Positions 1-9,008 of a stretch of 20,000 nt of DNA are shown piece by piece. Under the pieces are notes generated by a model. It did no database searches and was not told where the DNA came from. It worked only from the letters and a program-made list of their open reading frames with translations. Source of the stretch: an uncultured virus (IMG/VR IMGVR_UViG_3300035668_000001) (Duplodnaviria; Heunggongvirae; Uroviricota; Caudoviricetes); the IMG/VR virus record IMGVR_UViG_3300035668_000001; one strand, given 5' to 3'. Each line of letters begins with the position of its first letter. Positions within the stretch are counted from its first letter, which is position 1. Position numbers and translations under genes: made by a program.

Positions 1-60
1 GCACACCCCGACGTCGAACCCGTACCGCGCCGATTCCCGGGAAGGCGGAGGAGATCGCCG

Positions 61-498
61 ATGATCCGCACCGACCGGTTCCGCATCTCCGCCCGCCCGT
101 ACGCCGTCGACCTGCCCACCCTCAAGGTCGGCGACCCGTACGCCCGCCACGACGGCACCCCGGTGTACCGGTGCTTGATCCGGGCCGCGTGGTTCCGGCG
201 CAAAGGAGGCCGTCTCAGCGCGCTGGCCGGAACCCTGTGGGACCACCAAGGTCCCGCGCCGGCGGACGGGCGCGCGTTCCTGACCGCGCTCACCGACGGC
301 CGGTACGGCGGGGCCGCGGTCGCCCGCTGGGACGGCAGCAACTTGTGGGCCCCGCAGATGCACCGCGACGACCAGGAGGCGTACTACGCGCTACTGGGTC
401 CGATGCTCGACGCCTTCCCCGCGATCCCGGACGGCTTCGACGGCTGGTGGACGTTCGTCGGCCCCGTCACCACCCACGAAGGAGACACCGCGTCATGA
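61..498 (+). CDS. hypothetical protein (145 aa)
   Basis: GGAGGAG RBS before ATG 61; stop overlaps next start (ATGA 495-498). Confidence 0.8.
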   Translation: MIRTDRFRISARPYAVDLPTLKVGDPYARHDGTPVYRCLIRAAWFRRKGGRLSALAGTLWDHQGPAPADGRAFLTALTDGRYGGAAVARWDGSNLWAPQMHRDDQEAYYALLGPMLDAFPAIPDGFDGWWTFVGPVTTHEGDTAS

Positions 499-827
499 CC
501 GAGCCCAGCAGGTACCGCACCAGGCCGGTCGAAGTCGAGGCCGTGCAGTTCGACGGCACCGCCGAGTCCGGTGCGCGGGTGGTCGAGTGGATCCGTAGCA
601 ACGGCGGTCAGGCGCTTACCGCGAGCGTCGGGTACGGCGACAAACGCCGTCCCGGGGTGTGGGTCCAGACGGCGTCCGGGCGGCCTCGCGTGAGCCGGGG
701 ATGGGTGGTCGTCCGGGACATCGACCAGGGCGAGTTTTCCGTGTGCCAGCTCGGCGTCTTCGCGAGACGGTACGAACCCGCCGACACCCCGGTCGCGACA
801 GGTGACGTACGGGAGACCACCCCATGA
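495..827 (+). CDS. conserved phage hypothetical protein (110 aa)
   Basis: MTEPSRYRTRPVEVEAVQFDG...FARRYEP resembles the widespread phage 'PVEVEAVQ' family; ATGA coupling at both ends. Confidence 0.8.
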   Translation: MTEPSRYRTRPVEVEAVQFDGTAESGARVVEWIRSNGGQALTASVGYGDKRRPGVWVQTASGRPRVSRGWVVVRDIDQGEFSVCQLGVFARRYEPADTPVATGDVRETTP

Positions 828-1060
828 GCGCGGCATATGTGCGGTGCTACTACCGCGTCCCGGCAAAGCGTGGCACGCGCGTGATCGCGGACGGGAAACC
901 GGGCACCATCGTCAGCTTCCCCGGGAAGTACATCGGGGTCCGCCTCGACGGTGAGACGCGGGTGGGTCGTTGGCACCCGACGTGGCGCATCGACTACCTC
1001 GACGAGAGCGGGGCGGTCGTGTTCGCCAGCCCCGGCGACGCTGACGAGGTGACCCGGTGA
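824..1060 (+). CDS. conserved phage hypothetical protein (78 aa)
   Basis: YVRCYYRVPAKRGTRV...WHPTWRIDY resembles a recurrent small phage protein family; coupled overlaps. Confidence 0.8.
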   Translation: MSAAYVRCYYRVPAKRGTRVIADGKPGTIVSFPGKYIGVRLDGETRVGRWHPTWRIDYLDESGAVVFASPGDADEVTR

Positions 1061-1323
1061 CCGCGCCGACACCGAAGCTGGACGAGGTCTGCCGGCGGTT
1101 CGGCAGACCAGACATCAACTACTTCTTGCCGAACCGGCAGTACCGCGTGTGGCTCCACGGATGGCACGTGCACAGAACACGCGCGTCGTACGGCAGTGCC
1201 TGCGGATACGGGCCCACCCTCGAGGCCGCCGCCGAGCGGCTCTTGGAGAGCGTCGAGAAGCACGGCATCCGGCGGTCGGGGCACTGTTCCCGCGGCTGCC
1301 CCGACTACGTGGACGACCTGTGA
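1057..1323 (+). CDS. hypothetical protein (88 aa)
   Basis: GAGGTG RBS; GTGA overlap with previous stop. Confidence 0.7.
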   Translation: MTAPTPKLDEVCRRFGRPDINYFLPNRQYRVWLHGWHVHRTRASYGSACGYGPTLEAAAERLLESVEKHGIRRSGHCSRGCPDYVDDL

Positions 1324-2294
1324 TGGCCGCGCCGACGCCGGGCACACCGGCAACCGCCTGGTACAGCCCGGCTCTGCTGTCGGCCGTGGAGATGATCCTC
1401 GACTCGCAGGACATCCCCACACTCGTGGAACACCGCGAAGGAGACAGTTCCGCCATGCCGTGGGCACGCGCCGTGCTCGATGCCGCTACCGAAGAGGTGG
1501 CTGCCCGCGAGGCGGTGGCACGCGCCGAGCGGGACGAGGAGAGCGACGCCTTGCGGACCCGAATGGCGAATCTGCTGTCCGACACCGCTGACGCGTTGAA
1601 GGGCGACCCGGGTCCACTGAGGGCGCATGACTGGTCCGACCTGCCCCGCGTTGCTGCGGGGCTCATGCAGGCACGAGCGGCGGCCGAACAGCGAGGAGCC
1701 GACGCGGCTCTGGCTGTCTTCGGCCGGATGTGGTCTGACCCGAACTGGAACGGCCAGGTCAGCCTGGGATTCGCTGCCAGTTTCGCGCAGGAGCTTCATG
1801 AAGGGCTCCGCACCGACGGGTTCCCTGCCGTAGGCGCGGAGCTGAGTTGCTGCGCCGACTGCCGCCAGCCCTACACGGTCTGGTACGCCGACGTCGACCT
1901 GTGGAACGCCGTGATGCGACCCAACGGCGAACAGCAAGGCGAGCCGTTCCTGTGCGCTCGGTGCTTCCTCGTCCGTGCCGAACCGGTCTCCGAGTTCGCC
2001 GAGGTCACCTGGCCCCAGTACCCGTCGCGACGTGACCGCACCCGCGTCGCCGACCTCCTCCGGCAGGTCGCCGACCTCACCACCGAGCGGGACGCACTGC
2101 GGCGGCAGGTCGACGCCGTGAAGGCGCATCGGATTGCCGGGTCCGGGATCTCGGATCGCACCTGCGGCATCCACTGTGCGTGCGGCGCCGAGTTCGACAG
2201 CGGCACATGGGGCGAGGCCCTTGTGGAATGGGCAGCCCACTTCGACAGCCTCGCCCACGGCGGCGCGGACCTCGACACCGACGAGAGGCGCTGA
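1323..2294 (+). CDS. hypothetical multi-module protein with CxxC pairs (323 aa)
   Basis: TGATG overlap at 1321-1325; CADC, CARC and HCAC motifs plus helical segments. Confidence 0.75.
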   Translation: MAAPTPGTPATAWYSPALLSAVEMILDSQDIPTLVEHREGDSSAMPWARAVLDAATEEVAAREAVARAERDEESDALRTRMANLLSDTADALKGDPGPLRAHDWSDLPRVAAGLMQARAAAEQRGADAALAVFGRMWSDPNWNGQVSLGFAASFAQELHEGLRTDGFPAVGAELSCCADCRQPYTVWYADVDLWNAVMRPNGEQQGEPFLCARCFLVRAEPVSEFAEVTWPQYPSRRDRTRVADLLRQVADLTTERDALRRQVDAVKAHRIAGSGISDRTCGIHCACGAEFDSGTWGEALVEWAAHFDSLAHGGADLDTDERR

Positions 2295-2296
2295 AC

Positions 2297-2797
2297 ATGG
2301 CAGGCGACACCGTCATCACCGTCGTCGGGAACCTGACCGACGACCCCGAGCTCCGCTTCACCCCGTCGGGTGCGGCCGTCTCCAACTTCACGATCGCGTC
2401 CACACCCCGCATGTTCGACAAGGCCACGAACGAGTGGAAGGACGGCTCCGCGCTGTTCCTCCGCTGCTCGATCTGGCGGCAGGCCGCGGAGAACGTCGCC
2501 GAGACGCTCACCCGTGGCGCGCGCGTCATCGCTCAAGGGCGGCTCGTCCAACGCTCGTACGAGACGCGCGAAGGCGAAAAACGCACGGTTGTGGAGTTAC
2601 AGGTCGACGAGATCGGCCCTAGTCTCCGATATGCAACCGCGAAGGTGACGAAGGCGACTCGTTCCGACGCTAGCGGCGGCGGCGGTGGCGGGTTCGGAAG
2701 TTCCGGAAGCACCGGGCAAAGGAAGGCACAGGACGACCCGTGGGCAACATCGCCGGCCACCGCCGGGGGTTCACCGTCCGATGAGCCCCCGTTCTAG
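2297..2797 (+). CDS. ssb: single-stranded DNA-binding protein (actinobacterial type, 166 aa)
   Basis: [28 protein letters not shown], Gly-rich linker, DDPW, C-terminal DEPPF. Confidence 0.98.
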   Translation: MAGDTVITVVGNLTDDPELRFTPSGAAVSNFTIASTPRMFDKATNEWKDGSALFLRCSIWRQAAENVAETLTRGARVIAQGRLVQRSYETREGEKRTVVELQVDEIGPSLRYATAKVTKATRSDASGGGGGGFGSSGSTGQRKAQDDPWATSPATAGGSPSDEPPF

Positions 2798-2846
2798 CCG
2801 GACCGCCCCCATGGGTACTACCGGTGTCGCGAAGGAGTGACCGTCC

Positions 2847-3143
2847 ATGCAGCAGCACGGAACGACGGAGGAGGACCCGCTCGAACAGCTTCGTGATGCT
2901 GCGGCTGAGGTGGCGGAACGGCACGGTGCATGGAAGGAGGCGGTCCGTCAAAGGGACCGCCTCCTTCGCAAGCTCCGGAAGGCGGGAGTCGCCGGTGTCG
3001 ACTGCGCCCGCGCCGCCGGCGTCTCGGATGCCTTCGTCTCGAAGATCGCGGGGACACGCCGCACCCGCAAACCGGGGGGTATCCGGCGACTCCGGCCCCG
3101 GCGCCGCGACATGACGGCCGACCTCGAGGGAGATTCCCCGTGA
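2847..3143 (+). CDS. small HTH DNA-binding protein (98 aa)
   Basis: AAGGAG RBS; RDRLLRKLRKAGVAGVDCARAAGVSDAFVSKI HTH pattern; Arg-rich tail. Confidence 0.75.
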   Translation: MQQHGTTEEDPLEQLRDAAAEVAERHGAWKEAVRQRDRLLRKLRKAGVAGVDCARAAGVSDAFVSKIAGTRRTRKPGGIRRLRPRRRDMTADLEGDSP

Positions 3144-3274
3144 CGTGGATCCGCGCCCTGCTCGACTTCGCCCACCGCCTGCCCTGGCCCGGCCCGTTCA
3201 CCCGGCCTGTCCACAGCCACCGGCACCCTCCCGGCCGGCACCGCCGCGAGGTGGGGGACGCACGTCGATGGTGA
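3140..3274 (+). CDS. small hypothetical protein (44 aa)
   Basis: GAGGGAG RBS; GTGA overlap. Confidence 0.5.
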   Translation: MTWIRALLDFAHRLPWPGPFTRPVHSHRHPPGRHRREVGDARRW

Positions 3275-3323
3275 CGCCGATCCGCCCGGGACGTTAGACC
3301 TACTACTGGTCCACCGTGTCCCC

Positions 3324-3611
3324 GTGGATCTGAGCGAGATGGCGGGCGAGTGGGACGCGGCCGAGGTCCGCGCCGCCGCCCGGCCGTGGTGGCGGCGCTG
3401 GTTGTCCCGCGACCCGTACGTCATGTGGTGGCCGTGCCGCCCCACGATCCTCGGGCAGACGGGGAAGCCGGTGACCCGCGGGGGCCAACCGTTGGTCGCG
3501 TTCCGGTTGTCGCAGGTCCGCGGGATGCGTGCCTACTTCCGGGCCGCGGTCCGGGACGACGAAGGCATCGACCCGGACCGGGACGTTACGCACGGCGCCG
3601 GGACAAGGTGA
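3324..3611 (+). CDS. hypothetical protein, start uncertain (3324 or 3339)
   Basis: Trp-rich plausible ORF filling the gap; no clear RBS. Confidence 0.5.
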   Translation: MDLSEMAGEWDAAEVRAAARPWWRRWLSRDPYVMWWPCRPTILGQTGKPVTRGGQPLVAFRLSQVRGMRAYFRAAVRDDEGIDPDRDVTHGAGTR

Positions 3612-3635
3612 CCGTGCGCCGCCCCCGTCTACTGC

Positions 3636-3687
3636 ACAACCCCGTGTACGCTGGCCCCCGCCGGTGGGTGAGCGACCCCGCCCGGCG
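3636..3687 (+). promoter_or_regulatory. promoter-like motif plus AGCGAC-loop hairpin, copy 1
   Basis: ACAAC-CCCG-TG-TACGCT (3636-3652); hairpin 3659-3687 with CGCCGG/CCGGCG outer stem, AGCGAC at 3671-3676. Confidence 0.7.
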
Positions 3688-3714
3688 CCCGATCCGACCG
3701 AGGAAGTGACTGCC

Positions 3715-3840
3715 GTGTCCGACCCGACACGCGAGTGCCCAGACGTGGATGTCCCCGACGATGTCCCTGGCGACGATCCGCGCCCCGACGACGTCGAAGA
3801 CAAGGACCACCCGGCCGCTGCGGACCGCGAGATCAAATGA
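3715..3840 (+). CDS. small acidic hypothetical protein (41 aa)
   Basis: GAGGAAG RBS 3700-3706; stop overlaps next ATG (3837). Confidence 0.5.
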   Translation: MSDPTRECPDVDVPDDVPGDDPRPDDVEDKDHPAAADREIK

Positions 3841-4334
3841 CCGACCCGCGAGTGTCCACTCTGCGTGGCACCCGATGCCCCGAATGCGACGAACGGATCG
3901 ACTACATCGGCGACGGCGTCGAGTCCGTCGACCCGGTCACGTTCCAGCAGATTTTCACGTGCCACCCGTGCGGGCATCGCAGCGACCGGGAGCACGCCTT
4001 GTACGCGCACCACATCGGGATACGGGTACACGTGCCGAAGGTGTCCGCGGCCGCGATCGTCGCCGCCGAGCAGGCGCGGGCCCGCGCGAAGGGCCACTCG
4101 CCGGAAGACGACGCGGCCCTCCCCGACGGGGTCCTGTCGTGGGCGTTGTGGTGCCTGACCGACGCGGCCCGTAAGGACGCGTCGCCGTCCCCGGATCCGC
4201 CGACCGCGTGGCCCGCCGAGCTCGGCCCCGAACGGTGGCCTTCCGCGGAGCCGTCGATCCGCAAGCTCGTCATCGCCCTCGCGTACGGGCTGTCCGAACT
4301 CGACAAGCGGCTAGCTGCGGGGGAGACGCCGTGA
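3837..4334 (+). CDS. phage hypothetical protein with N-terminal Zn ribbon (165 aa)
   Basis: CPEC...CHPC; C-terminal AEQARARAKGHSPEDD...WP...RKLVIALAYGLSELDKR resembles a common phage domain. Confidence 0.75.
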   Translation: MTDPRVSTLRGTRCPECDERIDYIGDGVESVDPVTFQQIFTCHPCGHRSDREHALYAHHIGIRVHVPKVSAAAIVAAEQARARAKGHSPEDDAALPDGVLSWALWCLTDAARKDASPSPDPPTAWPAELGPERWPSAEPSIRKLVIALAYGLSELDKRLAAGETP

Positions 4335-4552
4335 GCTACCCGGGGCCCGCCACCATCACCTTGAACACCACCGACCTGCCCGCCGTCGAGGCGTTGCGGG
4401 GCCTGAGGGCCCGGGTCGTCATCGCCGGCCGCGTCATCGGCACGGTCCTCGTCACCGATGTCACCTCCGGTGACCCGGGTGAAGTGCTGGTCACCTTCGC
4501 GATGCCCGTCCGTACTGTGCACGCCGTCTTCGACACCGAAGGATCGACATGA
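4331..4552 (+). CDS. hypothetical protein (73 aa)
   Basis: GGGGAG RBS; overlaps at both ends. Confidence 0.7.
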   Translation: MSYPGPATITLNTTDLPAVEALRGLRARVVIAGRVIGTVLVTDVTSGDPGEVLVTFAMPVRTVHAVFDTEGST

Positions 4553-5031
4553 CTTACATGGCTGAGGCCCGTGCCCTCCCGGAGCCTGTGTTCGTCGCGT
4601 GCGTTGTCCGCGCCGTCCCCGCATCCGGCCCCCCGTCCGTCCCCGCACCCGGCCTCCCGTCCGTGTCAAGTGACGCCTATGACGTCTGTGAGCGGATGGT
4701 CTTCGCGGCCTTCGACGGCAAGGTCGTCGACTACGTGACCGACGTGACCATCTCGCCGGAGGTCGACGACAGCGACATCTCGTGGTCCCTGGTTCGCAGC
4801 GTTGTACGGCATCCGGTGCGGGAGGTGCAGATGACCCTCGGCATCGACCCGAGGTACGTGGTCGTCACCGACTCGCCGAACGCGCTGTCGACTGTCCTCG
4901 AGTGCGCCATCCTCGAGGACGGCGCACTCGAGGACGACCCGGAAGTGGACGCGCGGCAGCTCGCCGACCGTCTCGTCGCCGCCATCCTCGACCACTTCGT
5001 CCAGCGTGGCGCGCTCCCGGACCCGTCGTGA
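4549..5031 (+). CDS. hypothetical protein (160 aa)
   Basis: GAAGGA RBS; ATGA overlap. Confidence 0.7.
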   Translation: MTYMAEARALPEPVFVACVVRAVPASGPPSVPAPGLPSVSSDAYDVCERMVFAAFDGKVVDYVTDVTISPEVDDSDISWSLVRSVVRHPVREVQMTLGIDPRYVVVTDSPNALSTVLECAILEDGALEDDPEVDARQLADRLVAAILDHFVQRGALPDPS

Positions 5032-5273
5032 TCCCCGTCCGGGTACCCCGCGACATGGCCCCCACCCTCGCCAACGACCGGGTGTGGGATCTCGCGGACA
5101 GACCAGACCAACCGGTTCACGGCACCGAATGCCTGGCGTGCGGACAGCCGATGACCGGCAAGATCGTTCTCGTGTACGTCGGCCGCGAACCGGATGGCCG
5201 GGTCGACGGGTGGACCACCGGGACCGCGGTCCCCGTCCACCAGGCGTGTGCACGCCCCGGGGGGCCGGAGTGA
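5028..5273 (+). CDS. small putative Zn-binding protein (81 aa)
   Basis: GTGA overlap; CLAC...HQAC. Confidence 0.7.
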   Translation: MIPVRVPRDMAPTLANDRVWDLADRPDQPVHGTECLACGQPMTGKIVLVYVGREPDGRVDGWTTGTAVPVHQACARPGGPE

Positions 5274-5677
5274 ACACCCGGCAAGCGTTCGCCCTCGCGC
5301 ACCCGTTGAACCGCGCCATCGGCGACTTGCGCCCGTACCAGCGGGTGCGGGAACACCCCAACGGGCTGCTGATCATGACCGTGCTGGCGGTGGACCGTTG
5401 AAACCGAATCAACGACGGGCTGCCCGTGTGGCACCTGTCGGTGAGCGTCTGGTCCAGGCGCCGAGTGAAACGGAACCGGCCCGCCCTCGCCGAGCGGGAG
5501 GCCGTCAAACTACTCCGCGGCGTCGGCGGCGACCGCGAATGGTGGACGTGGAACGAGGACGTGCTCATCGGCCACTTGCGGGTCGCCGTCACCGCGGACG
5601 AACACGCCCGGATGCCTCCGGGGACCGCGGTCGACGACGCCGGCGACCCGGGCACGGAGAGGGCGCGGACGCCGTGA
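5270..5677 (+). pseudogene. probable single gene interrupted by an in-frame TGA at 5399-5401 (or two small genes)
   Basis: 5270-5401 and 5426-5677 share a frame; reads ...LAVDR*NRINDGLPVWHLSVS...; no good RBS for 5426. Confidence 0.55.
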
Positions 5678-5708
5678 CTGCGAGCCGAACCGGAAGGACA
5701 CCGACGCC

Positions 5709-6134
5709 ATGACCGACAAGTACGCCTACGCCGGCAACTACATCTACACCGGCAACATGCTCGACGTGGAGCCGGCGCCGGTGACGTTCCGGCAGCGGCT
5801 CGCGGACAGGCTGCGCCGCGCCGCGGACTTGGTCGGCCCCGACCCGGTCGACGTCACCGTGACCTTGTCGTTCGACTCGACGGAGTGGAAGTCGGCCGCC
5901 GGCCGGAAAGCTAACCGGGCGCTGCTGCGGTACCGGCTGCGGCTCTACGCCGACACGGCCGGTGTCGGCGTTTTCACCCGCCCGTACGAGACGGTCATCT
6001 GGTCCGCCGGGGCGAGCTGGTCCACCGGGCGGCGCGTCGACCAGGTCGTCACGGAGGGCTCCCCGGAGGCGCGCACCGCGGTGGTCACCTGGACCGCGAA
6101 GGCGCGACCCCTCGCGTGCCCGCCGCGGTCATGA
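5709..6134 (+). CDS. hypothetical protein (141 aa)
   Basis: GGAAGGA RBS upstream of ATG. Confidence 0.75.
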   Translation: MTDKYAYAGNYIYTGNMLDVEPAPVTFRQRLADRLRRAADLVGPDPVDVTVTLSFDSTEWKSAAGRKANRALLRYRLRLYADTAGVGVFTRPYETVIWSAGASWSTGRRVDQVVTEGSPEARTAVVTWTAKARPLACPPRS

Positions 6135-6208
6135 CCCGGGACCGGGCCCCGGTCGACGTGGCGGTGCGCGACGCTGATGCCCCCGGTCCCGCAAACTGCG
6201 GGAGCGAG

Positions 6209-6234
6209 GGTGACGGTGCGGTCGTACCGTCACC
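6209..6234 (+). other. 11-bp hairpin immediately before an RBS (terminator/attenuator-like)
   Basis: GGTGACGGTGC-GGTC-GTACCGTCACC with one G-U pair; no U tract. Confidence 0.55.
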
Positions 6235-6256
6235 ACCCAAGGAAGGTCTGATCCAC

Positions 6257-6547
6257 ATGACCACCACAGAGGTCGAGTGTCGGCGTTCCGCCAGCGCACG
6301 CCTCTGGCGCAGCAACTGGGACTTCCGGGCGCATGTCCGGGGACTCGTCCTCCGGGACCTCCGTGCGATTGCCGCTCGCAACGGCCTCCGCCTGGTCACG
6401 TCCCCGGTCGAAAAGCTCCACTGGTACACGGGTCCGCCGCCGCACGGGCAGCGGACCGAGCCTGACGACATGTTGTTCGCGGTACACGTCGAGATCGTGA
6501 CGCGGGCACACGCCCGCACCTGCACGCCCCCGCCGGCCGCGCCGTGA
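6257..6547 (+). CDS. hypothetical protein (96 aa; alternative start 6131)
   Basis: AAGGAAGG RBS 6239-6246; stop overlaps next GTG. Confidence 0.65.
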   Translation: MTTTEVECRRSASARLWRSNWDFRAHVRGLVLRDLRAIAARNGLRLVTSPVEKLHWYTGPPPHGQRTEPDDMLFAVHVEIVTRAHARTCTPPPAAP

Positions 6548-6924
6548 CCGTCCCCGACCCGGGTCCGGTCGTGGATCTGGCGCGGAAGCTCCAAGAGGCG
6601 GCCCGGGCGCACGGGGACCACCTGTCACCCGTCGTGGCTCGGGACTTGGCCCGCGTCGCCCTCACCTACTCCGACACGGAGGTGACGGGGGACTGGACAG
6701 TCCCGGTGGGGAAGGCGCGGAACGCCGACGAGATCGCGACGGCGTGGGGTTTCGCCGAGGTGATGCTGCTGCGGTCCGCGCACACCCGCGGCCTCGCGGT
6801 CGTGACTCCGTTGCGGCACGCGTACGAGAGGCAACGGGACGGGTCCGTGATCCTCCGGTACACGGCCGGGGCCCGGACAATCATCAAGCCGACACCAGCG
6901 TCGGAAGCGTTGCCACCCGGGTAA
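6544..6924 (+). CDS. hypothetical protein (126 aa)
   Basis: GTGA overlap; TAA stop lies within the downstream promoter motif. Confidence 0.7.
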   Translation: MTVPDPGPVVDLARKLQEAARAHGDHLSPVVARDLARVALTYSDTEVTGDWTVPVGKARNADEIATAWGFAEVMLLRSAHTRGLAVVTPLRHAYERQRDGSVILRYTAGARTIIKPTPASEALPPG

Positions 6925-6972
6925 ACCGCGTGTATGTTTGTGGGTGAGGCGGACAGCGACTCCGCCGAACCC
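6910..6972 (+). promoter_or_regulatory. sigmaA/HrdB-like promoter plus AGCGAC-loop hairpin, copy 2
   Basis: TTGCCA(6910-6915)-N17-TATGTT(6933-6938); GGCGGA-CAGCGAC-TCCGCC (6948-6966) with outer GGGT/ACCC. Confidence 0.85.
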
Positions 6973-6996
6973 GACAACCGATCCGAGATGATCCCC

Positions 6997-7461
6997 ATGT
7001 CCACAGCGACCCCGTCGCCCGTCGGAACCACCTACACGCAGCACAGGACCGGCACAGAATGTTTCCGGCCTTTCGTCGACACCACGACCTGGACCCATCC
7101 CGTCGTCGTGCTCGGCGCCGCCGACGTCAACCTCCTCATCGCGTTCGCGGAACTCACCTGGCACCCGGTCACCACTTGGGGTGACCTCGGGGCGTCCGCC
7201 GAAGCGGCACCGGCGTCGAAGGTCGGCGAGATCTGCGCCGCCGTCGAGACGGCCTGCGACGCCCGCGGGGTCGACATGGCCCGCGCCGAGATCGTCACCG
7301 ATGGGGAGTACGACGCGATGCGGGACCACCGGCCGCTGCTGTTCGACACGTCCGGTGGCCGCGCCGCCCGCAACCACCGCCTCGTACCGCACCTGATGCA
7401 CCCACGGGAGCGTGACGACGCCGGCCATGTCGTACCCCACGGGTACGTTCTGATCGGATGA
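6997..7461 (+). CDS. hypothetical protein (about 154 aa; alternative start 6988)
   Basis: First long ORF after promoter copy 2; protein-like composition. Confidence 0.7.
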   Translation: MSTATPSPVGTTYTQHRTGTECFRPFVDTTTWTHPVVVLGAADVNLLIAFAELTWHPVTTWGDLGASAEAAPASKVGEICAAVETACDARGVDMARAEIVTDGEYDAMRDHRPLLFDTSGGRAARNHRLVPHLMHPRERDDAGHVVPHGYVLIG

Positions 7462-7498
7462 ACCCCGCCACCTTCCGCTCCGCGACGAAAGAACCCCG

Positions 7499-7861
7499 AT
7501 GACGGCCACCCCTGGCGCCCCCGTGACCTTGACGCTCGACCCGCGCCTCGCCGAAGCGCTGTCCGGGGAGGCGTGTGCAGCCAGCCTCTACTTCGAGTAC
7601 CCGGACCAGTTCGAGTACCTACGCCAGACCGATGACCTGGGCGACCCGGTGTTCCGCGAGGGCACCATGCGGTGGTGCGACACGGCCGCCGACGCCGTTC
7701 TGCTGCACGCCTTCCAACTGGCGGCCGGGCATCGCGCGGTACTCCTGTGGGACCTGGACCGGTCCCTGCAAAACATTGACGAGGGCCGCTCCTTGGCCTG
7801 CCACATCGTCCTGTCGACCGACCCGTGGCCCTACAAGGACGACGTGGAACCGTCCGGGTAA
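7499..7861 (+). CDS. hypothetical protein (120 aa)
   Basis: GAAAG upstream; protein-like composition. Confidence 0.75.
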   Translation: MTATPGAPVTLTLDPRLAEALSGEACAASLYFEYPDQFEYLRQTDDLGDPVFREGTMRWCDTAADAVLLHAFQLAAGHRAVLLWDLDRSLQNIDEGRSLACHIVLSTDPWPYKDDVEPSG

Positions 7862-7866
7862 ACCAG

Positions 7867-7929
7867 TGGACCCCGGGGGTAAACCCCCTGTACGATTAAG
7901 GGTGGCCGGTCAGCGACACCGGCGCACCC
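7867..7929 (+). promoter_or_regulatory. promoter plus AGCGAC-loop hairpin, copy 3
   Basis: TGGACC-N18-TACGAT(7891-7896); GGGTG-GCCGGT-CAGCGAC-ACCGGC-G-CACCC (7900-7929). Confidence 0.85.
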
Positions 7930-7952
7930 GAACCCGATGAAGGAGCCCCGTC

Positions 7953-8315
7953 ATGGCCCATACCCGCAGCTCGATCCTCGAGGTGTACCGGGACGCGTAC
8001 CGCCCCTTGCTCGACGGGATCACCCGCGAGGGTTTCGACGGGGTAGACGTCGTAGCCGTCGGCGGCTACGACGTGCTGATCCACATCCCTCTCGGTGCGC
8101 GCGACGTCCTCATGGGCGACAACCTGCGCGGCGCCCTCCCGGCCGACCCTGGCGCCTTGGCGTTCCTCGAGCCCGTCCTGTACTCCACGGGGTCGCTCGA
8201 CGCCGAGCGCGCCGGCCCCTCCGAGCTGTTCGACCGCGACCACTTGCCCGAGCTCGCGGCGTGGATCAAGACGCAGGTCACGATCGCCGAGTCCACGGAC
8301 GTCCTCACCGCATAA
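7953..8315 (+). CDS. hypothetical acidic protein (120 aa)
   Basis: AAGGAG RBS; directly after promoter copy 3. Confidence 0.8.
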   Translation: MAHTRSSILEVYRDAYRPLLDGITREGFDGVDVVAVGGYDVLIHIPLGARDVLMGDNLRGALPADPGALAFLEPVLYSTGSLDAERAGPSELFDRDHLPELAAWIKTQVTIAESTDVLTA

Positions 8316-8320
8316 CCCCC

Positions 8321-8374
8321 GGGAGGGGGCGCCTGCCGCCGTTGCCGCCGGCGCGCCCCCTCCCCACCGCTTTA
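8321..8374 (+). terminator. putative intrinsic terminator
   Basis: Perfect 12-bp inverted repeat GGGAGGGGGCGC(8321-8332)/GCGCCCCCTCCC(8353-8364) just after a stop; weak T tract. Confidence 0.6.
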
Positions 8375-8394
8375 CAGCCCCGGAAGGGGACGAC

Positions 8395-8796
8395 ATGCAG
8401 GCATCCGTAAACATCGTCCGTGTCGCCCAAGGCGCGGCCCGACAGCACATGCACCCCGTCACCCCGCCCCGCACGATGTGCTACCTCGAAGGCGTCGAGC
8501 AGGCGTGCCGGTGGGCGGTAGGGGATCGCACCGGCGCCACCATCTGGCGGATCCTCGAACCTGCCGGATTGCCGACACGCACCACTGCGCGCCGCGCCGC
8601 CCGCGCCGACAAGCAGATCGCCGCGGCCAGCGAAGCGGCCCGCACGAATGCCGCCAACACGCGCGGCCCGTCGAGTGCCCTCTCGATCGCGTGCGGCATC
8701 GCCGACGCCCTCCGGTGGATCTCCGACGGCAAGGTGACCCCGGACATGCGGCAAGTCCTCGACCGGGTCCCCGAGCTCACGGGGAGTACCCGGTGA
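8395..8796 (+). CDS. hypothetical protein (133 aa)
   Basis: GAAGGGGA RBS; two YLEGVEQACRW / ACGIADALRW-like helices. Confidence 0.7.
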   Translation: MQASVNIVRVAQGAARQHMHPVTPPRTMCYLEGVEQACRWAVGDRTGATIWRILEPAGLPTRTTARRAARADKQIAAASEAARTNAANTRGPSSALSIACGIADALRWISDGKVTPDMRQVLDRVPELTGSTR

Positions 8797-9008
8797 GCTA
8801 CCACGCTTGGGCGGCGACGCTGCCCCTCTGGTTGGTCCTGCTCCTCGGTGTCGCCGGGATCGCCGGTGTCATCGGCGGAATTCTCCGCGGCAGCCTCGTC
8901 GGCATAGCCATCGGCGGTGTCGTCTTCGGCCTCGTCGTCTCCTTCTTGGGCGGTGTCGACGCGTTCTTCACCGCGCTGCGCATCGCCACCGCCGGATGGA
9001 CCGGGTAA
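8793..9008 (+). CDS. small membrane protein (71 aa, about 2 TM helices)
   Basis: GGGGAG RBS; GTGA overlap; long hydrophobic Gly-rich segments. Confidence 0.75.
   Translation: MSYHAWAATLPLWLVLLLGVAGIAGVIGGILRGSLVGIAIGGVVFGLVVSFLGGVDAFFTALRIATAGWTG

Noticed and set aside
3268..3330. Possible frameshift linking ATG 3268 (after GAGGTG) to the 3324 frame
   Set aside because: No slippery site or homology evidence; cannot be supported from sequence alone
3608..3709. 33-codon ORF with GTGA overlaps at both ends
   Set aside because: Coincides with promoter/hairpin copy 1 and is Arg/Pro-rich; may be translated but is not supported as a protein gene
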